Source: Stegostoma tigrinum (taxonomy: Eukaryota). From it: 64,000 bases of DNA. The stretch is from the NCBI RefSeq assembly GCF_030684315.1, contig NC_081366.1, positions 44,120,078-44,184,077 on the forward strand, in the 5' to 3' direction. Position 1 is the stretch's first letter, and every line of letters starts with the position of its first letter. The position numbers and the translations under genes are program-made. The notes under the pieces were generated by a model. The model made no database searches. It was not told the origin of the DNA and saw only the letters and a list, made by a program, of their open reading frames with translations. Shown here piece by piece: positions 52,121-64,000 of this stretch.

Positions 52121-55100
52121 AGTGGTGGGAAGGCGGATACTTGGTGATTAAAATGGAGGACATGATGAAGCATTGTAGTAGAACGTGACGTAATCAGAAC
52201 AGATGTGATAGATATGAGAAACTAGGAGAATGGAAAGGAGTCCTTGCAGGAAGCAGAATTTGAGGAACCGCAGTCAAGACAATTGAGGGTGCAATGAGTC
52301 TGTAAAATGTATTGGTGTGTAGCCTATCCCCAGAAATGGAAACAGTGAAGTCAAGGAAGGGAAGGGATAAATCAAAGATGAATCAGGTGAAGGTGAGAGA
52401 GTCTGAATATTGGAAGCAAATTTGGTGAATTTTTCTAGTTCTGGACGAGAACAGGAAGCAGCACTGATGATATTATTGATGTATCAGAGAAAGAGTTGTG
52501 GATGCGGGCCTGAGTAGGTTTGGAACAAGGAATGATCTATGTCTCCCACAAACAGACATGTGCAACAGGGACACAGGCAGATATTCATAACCCGAACTTC
52601 AAATGGGGAGAAAGTGAGACGAGTTAAAAGAGAACCTGTTCAACATGAAAATGAGCTCAGCCAGGTGAAGTAGGGTGATAGTGGATGGCACTAGTCAGGC
52701 CTCTTTTCAAGGAAGGAACAGACAATCTTCAGACCATCCTGATGGGAGATGGATGGATGGATGTGTATGGAGATTGCATATCTGTGGTGATGAGAAAGTG
52801 GCCAGGGTCAGGAAAATAGATAAATGTGGAACGGACATAAAGCATCAGAGAATTCATAAATATCATTGGGAAAAGACTGATCAAGGTGGAAAATATAGAA
52901 TCAAGATAGAAAGAAATAAGTTCAGCTTCTTGAAACTATAAGAACAAGTCTCTTGCTAAAGTGCTGAATGAGGTGAAGAATAAAATGGAACTGAGAACTG
53001 GGACAGCTTTGAGATAGTGTGAAGTGGCACTGAGGGAGGGACTATTCAAGTGTGTGTGACAATGCATGGCACTGTCAACGACTCTCGAGATGCAGGAAAA
53101 ACACCTAACTGAGGAGCATTATTTGTCTCAGAAATACTAGTAAGCCTGGATGTTTTGGACAAAGCTGGAGACAGTGACTGGGGAAGGAGATGCAGTGTGA
53201 AAGTATGGCTTGCTAAACACTTTATTCAACATTAGGAGGAAACAGAATGCAAAGAAGGTGAGAAAGCCAAAAAAGTGATAATGGAAATCTCGCCAGTGAG
53301 AAGGGAAGTTCTTCAAGGTGGACATACCTGGAAGAGAAGTCTCAGTAAATAAATCATTCAAATAAAGGCAAAATACTGTTGGTGCCAAAAATATGAAATT
53401 AAAACAGATAATGCAGATCTGGCAGCATCTGTGAACAGAGAAAGAGTCTAATATGACTGTTCTTCCATACAGAAAAGGGATAAAAAATTATAGTTCTTTT
53501 TGCTATTGACAGAGGTGGAGCAGGGGTGGGTGGATGAAATGGTGAAAGGTCCAGTACAAAAAATAAAAGTGTGTTCATAGTGGTACAAGAAAGATAGAGA
53601 TGTAAAGTAGGTATAAATGAGAGGTATGAAAACCACGCATCTTAACTAACTGCCAATAATCTAAAACCAAAAATCAACTTATATAAAATATGAATTAACA
53701 GGCAACTTGTAATCAATTGTTACCTATAAACTACACATTAAGTAACAGATAGAACTAAAAAGATCTTACAAATTAGCTCTATTAATCTATTCAGCATAAA
53801 ATCATAAGAGCCCTGAAAACTCTGCTTTCCTCATGAATAATTTCAGCTCTTCTTTTGGGAGCTTCCCTGATCACCAGCCAACAGCAGCACATAACCAATC
53901 TGAGTTCCCGAAGCATGATCACCAAAAATGGAACATATCAGCAGAGCTTCCGCAACTTGTAGATCCACCAATGTTATCTTCAAGTAACAGAAACAGCTAC
54001 ATTACCTATATGTTTGCTTACTGTCAGTTTCCAGATGTAAACTAGGTCTTCATCAATTTGCTTGTACTACATCCCTGGGTCCATCAATTTTGACAAGTCT
54101 GGGATTGATCTGTGTCTTTCTAAATGCGTTAAGCCACGCTCAGTCTCCCTAGAAGTTATGTTTCCAATCGAAACTGGCAGAGTCAATTTCTTTCTCTGTT
54201 TCCCTTTGCAGTTCAATATTTGAAACCATTGATTCCATCATAACATAGAATATAAGCTAAAAAGGACAATTTCATTTCATTCTAATAATCTTTAGCATTG
54301 CATTTGCAGTATTTTGATGCGGGTTAAAAATACCTGCCCACCCTCTAATATCCTCTCAAGCTCAGTAATGATAGGAACTCTATAAATATTTTTGGCGCCT
54401 CATGTTCAGAAGTGTACCCAAACAGTCCACTATCTCATAATACAGTAGATTGGGGTCAGCGTCATAGGATACAACATTTGAAACTAATTGAATGGGGATA
54501 CTGGACTTGCAATGTTAAAACTGTTTCTCTCTCCACAGATGCTCTCAGTTATACTGAATTTCTGCAGCACTATCCTTACCCAACAGATTAGCCTCTGGCT
54601 GCAACATTATATGCTCTGATCTGGAATATTATGGCATTGACTTTAAAATTACTCCTAAGTATATGTTTGGAGTAATGGATCAGCTGTTGGTTATATAAAC
54701 CATTTGATATTAATTTCTGTTGCTATCAGTAGAAATCAGCATTGGATGGTTTCCCTAATGGGTAGCTGAACTGCAATGCAGCAGGTTGAAAATCTACCTT
54801 GTTTCTTTCTGACATGTCTTCTCATGGAGTTTACTTGTTTTCTGAATGCTTACTGAAAGAACTCAGAGAGGTAGTCAGATTTGTTCATGGAACTGATTTA
54901 TTATATTAACTGGAAGCAAAATCACAGTGTAACAGCAATAACTAAATACCTAATTTTCCATGTGAACAAGGAACATTGTAAAAATAAGCACACTGTTCCA
55001 CCCCCATGACTGGGTTTGTTCTGGCTTTCCTAATCAATCTGCTGATTATGACTGATTCTGGGATTTTGGTGCGCAATATGTTCTTGCTAGACTAGTTTTC

Positions 55101-55704
55101 CTCTGCAGATCTGGCTGACTAATTGACTGACTTTTTCCTTTTATTCATGTTCGAGTCAATGGGTGGTTTGACCCCCGGGTTCTTTCCCATTGTGGTTCGT
55201 GAAGTGGCACTTACCATGATTTCTCATTGATAATTCATGCCTGATCATGATTCGGAAGTGGGTGAAGGAAATCTTAAGGCACAAAAATGAAAGTGTTTAT
55301 CTTAAGTGGCAAGATCAATGTTAAAAGAACTGGTTCCAAAACCAAACAATCAACTTAAGGCTGAGTATCAGCAGATCATTTCACTGTCTGGAGGCTGATC
55401 AGTTCATAAAATCTTTGAAGATTGCCTCTATTTAAATGATGTGTGGAGTTTCCCACTCCATTGAGCAGATTGGGCAATGGTGAGAAAGGGGAAATATATG
55501 GCAAAAATAGTAAAATCTGATTTGAGTTACTGAGAAAATGTTGGGACTTTCGCCTTAAGGTTCAAATAGCAAGTTTAGAATCTTGTTGATGAGTAAAATC
55601 TATCTTCTTTCCACGCACTTTCATTTTTTTCTTTGCTAAACTTGCCTCATTTCCATGAAGCATGAGCTTTTCCTTGCTTGCCCTGGGAAACATCTTTTAT
55701 TCAA

Positions 55705-56570
55705 TCATAAAATGGGGATATTTCTGGCAGATCCGTCACTTATTACGCATCTCTAGTTGCCTTTGAGAAGGCGGTGGTGAGCTGCTTTGATCCACTGCAG
55801 TCCATTTGGTGTAGGTAGACCTACAAAGCAGTTATAGACAGAGTTCAAGGCTCCAGGATTTTGATCCAGCAACAGCGATATATGGCTAAGTCAGAAGGAC
55901 GTTTGGCTTACAGGGGAACTTGCACTCTGTGGTATTGCAATGTATCTGTACATAGATGATAGTGGCCGTGAGTTTGGTAGGTGGTGTCTAAGAAGTCTTG
56001 GTGAATTTCTGCAGCGCGTATGGTTGATGGTACAGATTACTGCTTTTGAGAGTTGGTGGTAGAGGAAGTTATTGTTTTTAAATATGGTGCCGATCAGATT
56101 GGATGCTTTATTCTGATGGTCAAGCTTTTTGACTCTTTTTGGAGCTGTGCTTTGTCCAGGCAAAGTGGAGAATATTCCATCTCACTCCTGGCTTGTGTCT
56201 TTTAAATGATGAACAGACTTTGTGAAGTAAGCAACAGACTTACTCACTGCAGGTTTCCTAGCATCTGACCTGCTGTTGCAGCCGCCGTATTTACATGGCT
56301 AGTCTAATTCAGTGCCTGGTTGCAGGATTTTGATTCAGTGATGATGATATTATTGAATGTCAAGGGGCGAAGTTTCAATTTTCTTTTGTTGGGAATGGTC
56401 ATTTTTTTGACACTTGTGTGGCTTGAATGCTACTTGCCGCTTCTCAGCCCATTTTTCAGGTCTTGCTGCATTTGGACATTTACTGCTTCAGAATCTGTGG
56501 AATCATGAACAATGGTGGGTCACCTACTGCGAGCAAACATCCTCACTTCTGACATTATGATGGAGGGAAG
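55705..56570 (-). mobile_element. CR1/L2-type LINE 3' portion
   Basis: ORF 55891..56163(-) 'KKLDHQNKASNLIG...PRLLRHHLP', plus a 3' tail like that of the tRNA-SINE family. Confidence 0.65.
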
Positions 56571-56574
56571 GCTG

Positions 56575-57410
56575 CTCGTCTCAGGTCCCGCTATGGAAGT
56601 CAGTTTGCCGTAGTCACCTCCACACACTCCCACAGCATCTTCCCTCGCAAACACAAAAGGTGTAACATCTGTCTGTTTACTTCCATGGTGCCAGATAAAT
56701 CTTCTAGGCAAAGCTGCGATTTGCCTGCAATACATTCAGTCTAGTCTACTATATTGTAGGTGAGGTCTCCTCTAGATAAGGGAGACAGAATGCAGACTGG
56801 GTGACCACTTTGCAGAAACTTATGTTCCTCCTGCAAAAATGGCTCTGAACTTCTAGTTCCCTGCCGCTTCAACACACCACTGTGTTCCCTGGCCATCGTC
56901 TCTGCCTTGGGCTTGTTGAAGTGCTCTAGTGAAGCTCACTGCAAGCTGGAAGAACAGCAGCTCATTTTCTGCTTGGTGACCCTGCATCTTTCGGGACTTA
57001 ATGGAGCTCAATAATTTTAGGGCCTGAAGGCCTTCTCCCACTTCCTTACCCCAAACCCCTACACCAGGCTCTGTTGTCACATGGGCTGCTACCACAATCA
57101 TCCCATTGTCAACTACTAATGGTCCCCATTAGCAACTATTGATTCTCCTAGGCTGACCTTTATCCACTCCATTGTCTGCCCAACTGTTTTTCTTTCTCTC
57201 TCTGGTATTGTTTGGTCTTACCTCCTCCCCCCATCTCATCTTCAGCATACGTACCAATGTTTTCTTGAAAGCAAACAGTTCTGTAAAAAGAGCACTGGAC
57301 CTGAAATATTTACACTGCTTTCTGTCGCAGATGCTGCCAGAATGGGGAGGTTTCCAGCAATTTCTGTTTGTGTTTCTGACTTCTAGCATCTGTAGTTCTT
57401 TGGTTTTTCC
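56575..57410 (+). mobile_element. Penelope-like element 3' part (GIY-YIG plus terminal repeat)
   Basis: 'agggagacagaatgcagactgggtgaccactttgcagaa' (ETECRLGDHFAE), 'caagctggaagaacagcagctcatt' (KLEEQQLI), terminal 'ctgtaaaaagagcactggacctgaaat'. Confidence 0.82.
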
Positions 57411-58679
57411 AATTGCCTGTCATTTCTTCAGGCCCTCAGGCAATGGTCTCTCAATTATCATTTCCTTGCATGTTCCATGGATACCATCATTTTCCATCCT
57501 GTGTCCAAATAAGTCGGCAATGACTAGCCACCAGCTTCACCAAGTCACTGTGCCTGCTTTCTCACCACACAACAGTTAAGCCCTTCAAGACTTCATGTGA
57601 AACTCAGGAATACTTATAACTTTCTCCCAGGTTGCTTTGTAGCCAGGGACACATACATACAGACTGCATACATTGACATCAATGCATATTAAGACGTTTA
57701 ACTTATGTCTTTAGTGCACGCCAATTTTGCATTTACATGGAGGCTGCCAACCATGTATTATTTGCAAGATTTGCATTGTGTTTTTGGGCATGTAAGGAGA
57801 GGTGGCAGCTTGTCATAACTTGGAGCACTAAACAGTCCAGGAGCTGAACATTTTGTAATATGGAACCATGGTACGTCAATGTCAAATCTGCAACATGTGC
57901 CAACTGCTCAATCAAATGACTGCCTCTGAAAGTCAAAGTGGCATGGGGTAGGGTTGCAGTCATTAATGAAGAGAAAATAGGGTGAAAGGGTGAAAAGCTA
58001 GTCAGGTATGCCACCATAATCAATTAAGGGGCTGATTGCCCAGAGGGTTGGCCATGTTTGGCCCTACATTCAGAATTGCAGGTAGATCAGTTAGGGTGCT
58101 GTATCTATATCAGTTCGGAGGCATGGGGCAATATTTCCTGCAGTGAAGCAAAGAGAGGGGCTGAATTTTTTGGTAATAGGCGGAAGAAAAGTTAGTGGTG
58201 ATGCATGAGTAGGAGAATTGATAATTTGTTATCATTGAGTGAATGGGAACAGCAGAGGGCCATAAGGGTTAGTTATTTGAATGGATTAAGTGTCACCTGT
58301 CAGGTCAAATCATCTGTCTCTAAGGGGCCATAAAAGAGAGATTCACTGGATCTTATCAAATAACGTGAATTGTGTCGTGAGTACTGCTGTGTTAATGTGT
58401 TAAAGCCATACCATGGCAGGGAAGATAGTCTGGAGAGAATTATGTTTACAACAGTGAAAGAAATAGGAGTGAAATTAGGCTAGCAGAACAAGGTGAACAT
58501 GTATCAAAAATTGAAAATTCTAATGTTGACCCTCCAGTCATCGGATTGGATAATACAATGCTGCTTTGAAAATTTCAATGGAATATTATGCGCATCTTCC
58601 AAAAAACTACTGGGGTGGCTTACAAAGCCTCTTAGAATCATAAATTGTTTTGTATAAATAGGCTAGGGAAAATGCCTTT

Positions 58680-59335
58680 AGCTGTACATGGTGTAAGTGC
58701 AGTGGATGTGTTACTCAAAAAGCTACATCTCACAGATTCAACCGAGAGAATGTAACTCAAGTGAGAGAGGAGATCTGTTTCATGGTGGAAAATGACATTA
58801 TTGATCTGAATCATAGTAACTGGAGCTCATCTATTGTGACGGTGCTTAAAACACATAGATCACAATGGCTGTATGTAGATTACAGCAGAGGCATTGCAAT
58901 AACAAAGTCAGCTTCATATCCACTTCCATGATACAAGGATTGATTTGACAGGATTGGATAGGCACGATTAATTATAAAAGTTCATTTATTAAAGGGATAT
59001 TGACAAGGTCTGGTCACTTACTTGGGAAAGAAATGTCAACTTTTGTAATCCAGATATATGTCATCAACATTAAATTATACTGCTTAGAATGAAAGACTCA
59101 CTAGCAACATTTGCTAAGTAAGCACAAAATAATTAAAATATTACATAACTGTGTTGCATACATTGGTGATTTGATTCTGTTCAGCCAAACCTGGAAGGAA
59201 CATTTAGACTATTTGAGCAAATTGTTTGATCAGATACAAAAAGCTTGTTCAGTGATAAATTTGACCCAAAACAAATTTGCCAAAACAAAAGTAATTTCTT
59301 GGGCCATACTATGGGACAATGTAAATTGCTGCAGC
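58680..59335 (+). mobile_element. Ty3/Gypsy LTR-retrotransposon RT pseudogene fragment
   Basis: Translates to SNWSSSIVTVLK....WLYVDYSRGIAITKSASYPLP...LLKGY*Q and NCVAYIGDLILFSQTWKEHL (cf. WSSP.V.V.K..RLCVDYR..N..T..D.YP.P; YIDD). Confidence 0.8.
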
Positions 59336-59344
59336 TGGCCTTGA

Positions 59345-59890
59345 CCAAACTTCAAGTGGAGGTGTGCAGTTTTTCTTACTTATCTGAGAAAATATACATT
59401 TGCCATTGACATAGTCAGTGAAGATCCATCAGACTGATTCCCGAAATGGAAGAGTATTCATATGAAGAGAGGTTGAGTCAACAAGAACTTTATTCACTGG
59501 AGTTTAGAAAACAGAGAGAGGATCTTATGCATGAAATTCTAAGAGGACTGGTCACACTGGACGTAAGGATGAAGTTTCCTGTGGTTGGGGCTGTCTAGAA
59601 CAAAGCAGGAACAGTCTCAGGATGTGTAGTAGGTCGTTTAGAACAGAGATGAGGAGAATTTTTTCACTAACCAGGAGGTGAGCATGTGGAATTTTCTATC
59701 ACACAAGACCATGGAGGCCAAGCCAATGGATATATTTTAAAAAGAAATGGATGGATTTCTGGACACTAAAGGCATCAAGGGGCGTGGGGATATGTTGAGA
59801 TAGAGGACTAGCCATGGTCATGTTGAACAGTAGAGCAGGCTCAATGGGTTGAACAGTCTGCTCTTGGTCTGATTTTCTTTGTTTCTCTGA
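59345..59890 (+). mobile_element. CR1 LINE 3' end
   Basis: 'tattcactggagtttagaaaacagagagaggatctt' (YSLEFRK.R.DL), 3' UTR motif 'gctcaatgggttgaacagtctgct'. Confidence 0.8.
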
Positions 59891-60204
59891 AACTGATTAC
59901 AGCCATGCTGGTTGAATAAACAGCTTTAAGTGTGGAAATAGGGTGACACACATCACTGAGAATTCAGAATCAGTAAAGGTGTTGCTGACATTACAGGGGT
60001 GAATCTTTCTTTCTAATGTTTATAATGAGATCATTCCAATAGTTCTCAGCTGGTGTTTTATAGTCCATGCTTTTCTCTTGTGCAATTGACTTTATGTTCT
60101 CTTGTTAAATGTATTTTTACACACTCTTCTGAATATTTTCAGTGACAGATGATTGCAGTAAACAAAACAAAATAAAACCTATGCTCTGTTAAAGCAGGTA
60201 TCAC

Positions 60205-60860
60205 TCAGAGCAAAGAACAGTACAGTGCAGGAATAGGCCCTTCAGCCCACAGAGCCTGCACTGACACATGACATCTTTTTAAACTAAAAACCTTTTGCCT
60301 CAATGCGGTCTATATCCCTTTATTCCTTGTCCATTCATGCATCTGTCAAGATGCCTCTTAAACATTGCTATTGTATCCATGTCCACCATCCCCACTGCCA
60401 GTGCATTCTTGGCACTTACTATTGTCTATGTAAAAAACTTGCTTCTCACATTTCTTTTAAACTTTCCCACAATTACCTTAAACTTATGCCCCCTAGTAAT
60501 TGACATTTCTATGCCGAGGAAAAGACGCTGACTATCCATTTTATCCAAGCTCTCATTGTTTTGTAAAATTCTATCACGTGACTGTTTGTTTGTTTGCTTG
60601 TTTGTTTGTTTGTTTAGCATCTGATGTTCAAGTGAAAACAAGCCAGGTTTGTCTTATCTCTCCTCGTAACAAACGAGGTAAGATACTGGTAATTTTTTGC
60701 TGTACCTTCTCCAAAGCTTCCACAGTCTCTGGTAGTTTGGTGACCAGAAATGTATGCAATATTCCAAATGTGGCCTAATTAAAGTTCTACATAGCTGCAT
60801 TATGACTTGATAATTTTTACACTCAATTCCCCAACCAATGAAGGCAAGCTTGCTGAAAAT
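60205..60860 (-). mobile_element. CR1 LINE 3' end with internal (TTTG)n
   Basis: ORFs 60654..60902(-) 'LIRPHLEYCIHFWSP' and 60426..60641(-) 'TRGHKFKV.GKFK'. Confidence 0.88.
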
Positions 60861-60929
60861 CATTTTGATCACTTCTGGGATTTGATTGTTTGGGTTTTGC
60901 ATCAGCTGGAATCATAAAACACAATCTGT

Positions 60930-63900
60930 TTTGAATTTTCCCTGATATTAGTTCATTGTCGATTTTGGAGAGTTTCATGGATGGTTCCCCTCAGTGATCT
61001 TGTCACATTTTCTTACAGAATTCTCAATTGCTAACCTTATCAATTATGCATCCTGCCTCTATGGTGCCTTTCTCATAAAAACCTGCACTCAGAAGATGTA
61101 GAAGAACTTGCCCACACTGGGACCTTCAGGCATACAAGCTGCAGGTACCATATTTAAACACATTGCTCACCATTTCAAACACTACAGGCTGTAAGCTGTG
61201 TGTTGCTCAACAATTCCAAATGACTTGGTTGCGAGGAATATGTTGCCACTTCACTTTGTTAACAGGGATCTGGACGCCGTCATGGATGGCATGCTGGGGA
61301 GGAGGGCTTTCCTCTTGCCACAGGACTAATAAATGAAGTGGCAGGAGATCTCCTGGGTCTTATGCATTGTCCATGGTCTGGAGGAGCACATATCAATGCT
61401 GCTAAAAGGTTAATGATCTTCTACATTACACAAAGTTAAATACCACCATCTTCCCTCTGTTATCTCACACACACTCTGTATCCACTGTTGTGCACAGCAT
61501 TTCTACCCACAAGAGACCAATCCCTTTAGACATTAGATCCTCCAACATGTCAGAGTAAAAAGCTACAGAACCGTCAGAGGATGCATTGCCAAAGCTTTCT
61601 CCTGCACCCTTCACCTACTCAGATACTCTGGGTATTTAGAATATGTCTAAAGTCTAATCTCGCAAGCATATTACTGACATGTCTCTGCATCTGGAAAGCC
61701 ACAGATGCCTGGCACTCAGAAGACCTCTGCAAAGCAGACACCCATCCAGCAGCCCAAGTCAGACCCATGGTGTCAGTCATTAATGTGTTCATGCCAAAAC
61801 ATAGGCAGAAACTTCAGCAGTTGGCAGCTTTGTCAGGGACATTCAGTAAACAGATTGAAAGTTGGAGGAATTCAACTATTATTAGTCTGTGCTAGCTGCA
61901 ACATGGGTGTATCTGGTTATCTCCATGGATATGATGGCGGACTGCCGTGAAGAGCCAGGTCAAGCAAAATGCTCAATGGCTGCTGGAAATGCCTTCAAGC
62001 CTGCACTCCATTGTTCTAGCCATTGTTGTTTAGCATCAGTAGCTAGGCAATGATGTGGTGGAGGGAGAGCAGGGTGGTGGAGGAATGAGGGACCATGACC
62101 TTTCTCCAGGTGGCAAACTCTCTCAAGGAAACAGTAGACAACCAGACGAAAAATGAACTGCAGACGGGCTTCCTGGAAGTCTCCTCTCAGGACACACATG
62201 CTGGCCCTTCAAAGCCACGATGCCTGCAAGACCCAACCCTGAGGAAGTTGAAACAGGAGGGTGAGGAGGTTTGCAAGGGATGGGTGCTGAACCTGCATCT
62301 TGGCAGGACACTCTCAGCATGCCTAGGGCCTCTAGCCACAAAATCCCAGGTTATCCACTCAAACATTCAAGGCAAGCAGGCTCCACTGAAGGACAGGCTT
62401 CCTCCACCCCAGCTACAGATCTCAGGAACATGCCTAGATGTACTGGGAAGACAAGGATAAAGACAACCTTCTGAGGGTACGTGAAAGACACCTCATTGGA
62501 AATAGGATATCTCATATGTAATTACATTTAGACTTTAAACCAACATCTGTCCGATTGACTGTCATTTCAGCTCTCGGACCAAGAGCCATGTGACCAAAGC
62601 TATCCTGTCAAGCTACATGATGTCTGAACCCTATCTGAATGAGCACTACTCTTTCCCTAACCCCCACTGGAACATAGCATCTTGCCATTTTTTGAACGTA
62701 GGAGTATCAAATATTGTGAAGCTGTCAAACAGCTTTTAACATCAATTTTTTTTACACAACAGGAAAACTGAAGAAAGAAAATACAAACAAAAAGCTTTTG
62801 GCACTAATTATGGAGTGCTTCTCTTAGGAGCAGCAACATATTTACAGTTAATGAATGATGTCTTTACTTAAATCAGATGTATTGGACGTGAGTGTCAATT
62901 CAGCCCTTTCTAGTTTGTTATGCCTAATGTGACACCACTCTAGCATGGTGAAGTTAATGCTCCACCTATTCAATTTCCCCATCTTCCTCCTTTAGAAGAC
63001 AGCCTCTGCTATTCTACATATCAGTCACATCACTGCTGTCTGCTTCAGTTGCGCAGAGTACGGCATGCCAGGATTAAGCCACATGCTCAGTTTTTAGTGT
63101 AAGCAAGCCCCCCAAAGTCAATCAAAGCCTCAGAACTTCATCTTCAGGAAGTCTATCATCTGTTATATCATGATCCTAGTAGAACAATGGACATTACTGT
63201 ATCTACGCTCAGTCAAGAGATTGCATAATGGAGCCTTGAGCATTGGTTGGAGCAATAGCACTTGTCTCCAATAACCATGCTTGTAAGGCATGGAATTAGG
63301 CAGGAACATGACAGTTATCAAAAAAAGGATATTATGGTAGCTTCTGGGGTACATGGTGCAGAACTCTGAGTTGAGGTTGTGATCATTACAGATGGCTTGG
63401 ATATTGTCCAAACAGAACCTATGCCTATTATTGAATTTAGCGGTCACTCTCAATGGCACTTTCAATGAAGCCATCTCTCCTGCTGTACCCCATGATCTAC
63501 CATTTTATGTTAGCTATATCTAGAGCTGATAATTTTAGCAGTGACTGTCTCCTCTGTTTCCCAGCCTGCTGGCTGTAATCTCCACACTCGTGTTCCCCAC
63601 TTTCCCCAACACTGCACTGCTCTCAATATCCCACCTTGATGTTTCCTGTCCAAACCTCAGGAGAGACACCAGCTTACTCTCAGGACTGATTGAGGAGGGC
63701 AGATAGACTGAGGACAGCCCAGCATTCTGAGAGATTTCTGTGCAGCTCCCTGTCTGATTTACCGATAATGCACACCATGGTTGGATTTGACCTGCTGAGC
63801 TTACCATAGCACAATCTCTAGAAGGTAAGGGATATGAATCCCTGGGCCCTGATCAAACTAAATGCCTGATTAACTATGATTAACACCCTGGACTGAGAGC
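60930..63900. mobile_element. Degenerate PIF/Harbinger element with convergent Myb/SANT-like ORF (+, ~61240-61430) and transposase (-, ~62900-63600)
   Basis: Plus: PLHFVNRDLDAVMDGMLGRRAFLLP..WQEISWV..QCC*KVNDL (Myb/SANT-like DNA-binding pattern). Minus ORF 63163..63474: NIQAICNDH..YPRSYHN..ERRYSNVHCSTRIMI (Harbinger DDE pattern). Confidence 0.72.
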
Positions 63901-64000
63901 AGACAATGCACTTGATTGATTGTGCCAGCAGTCTCTGATTAACCATAGTCCTCCTAACCTGAGCTAAGGACTATATCCCTTATACTTTCAGCCATTTAGT

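Larger units (their letters stand above)
50620..53640 (-). mobile_element. Old Penelope-like element(s): RT and GIY-YIG remnants, interrupted at 50792-51006 and 51660-52120
   Basis: Minus strand at ~52455-52565 reads CLFVGDIDHSLFQTYSGPHPQLFL*YINNII (cf. PLE RT YIDD motif). ORF 50864..51307 has 'AQHKLKEKQF'. Confidence 0.78.

Overview
Non-coding, repeat-dense vertebrate genomic DNA. The repeats (HE1-type V-SINEs, abundant CR1 LINEs, Penelope-like elements, PIF/Harbinger, RTE, Rex1/Babar and Gypsy remnants) point to a cartilaginous fish, most likely a shark; this is an inference. The only credible host-gene signal is a CpG-retaining island (~29.4-33.4 kb) containing an 88-nt minus-strand first coding exon (31345-31258). 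It encodes a signal-peptide-like N-terminus and ends in a consensus AAG|GTAAGG donor. Positions 1-31257 would then be a long first intron and >31.5 kb upstream sequence. I cannot identify the gene. Most interesting structures: (i) short palindromic Penelope-derived insertions with TSDs carrying minimal hammerhead-ribozyme motifs, including a perfect 95-bp hairpin; (ii) an unexplained ~165-bp-arm inverted repeat at 25.6-26.1 kb; (iii) a ~215-bp locally templated inverted insertion at 47.6/50.8 kb. I found no evidence of a wholly new multi-gene system. Boundaries of degenerate repeats were judged by eye and are approximate.
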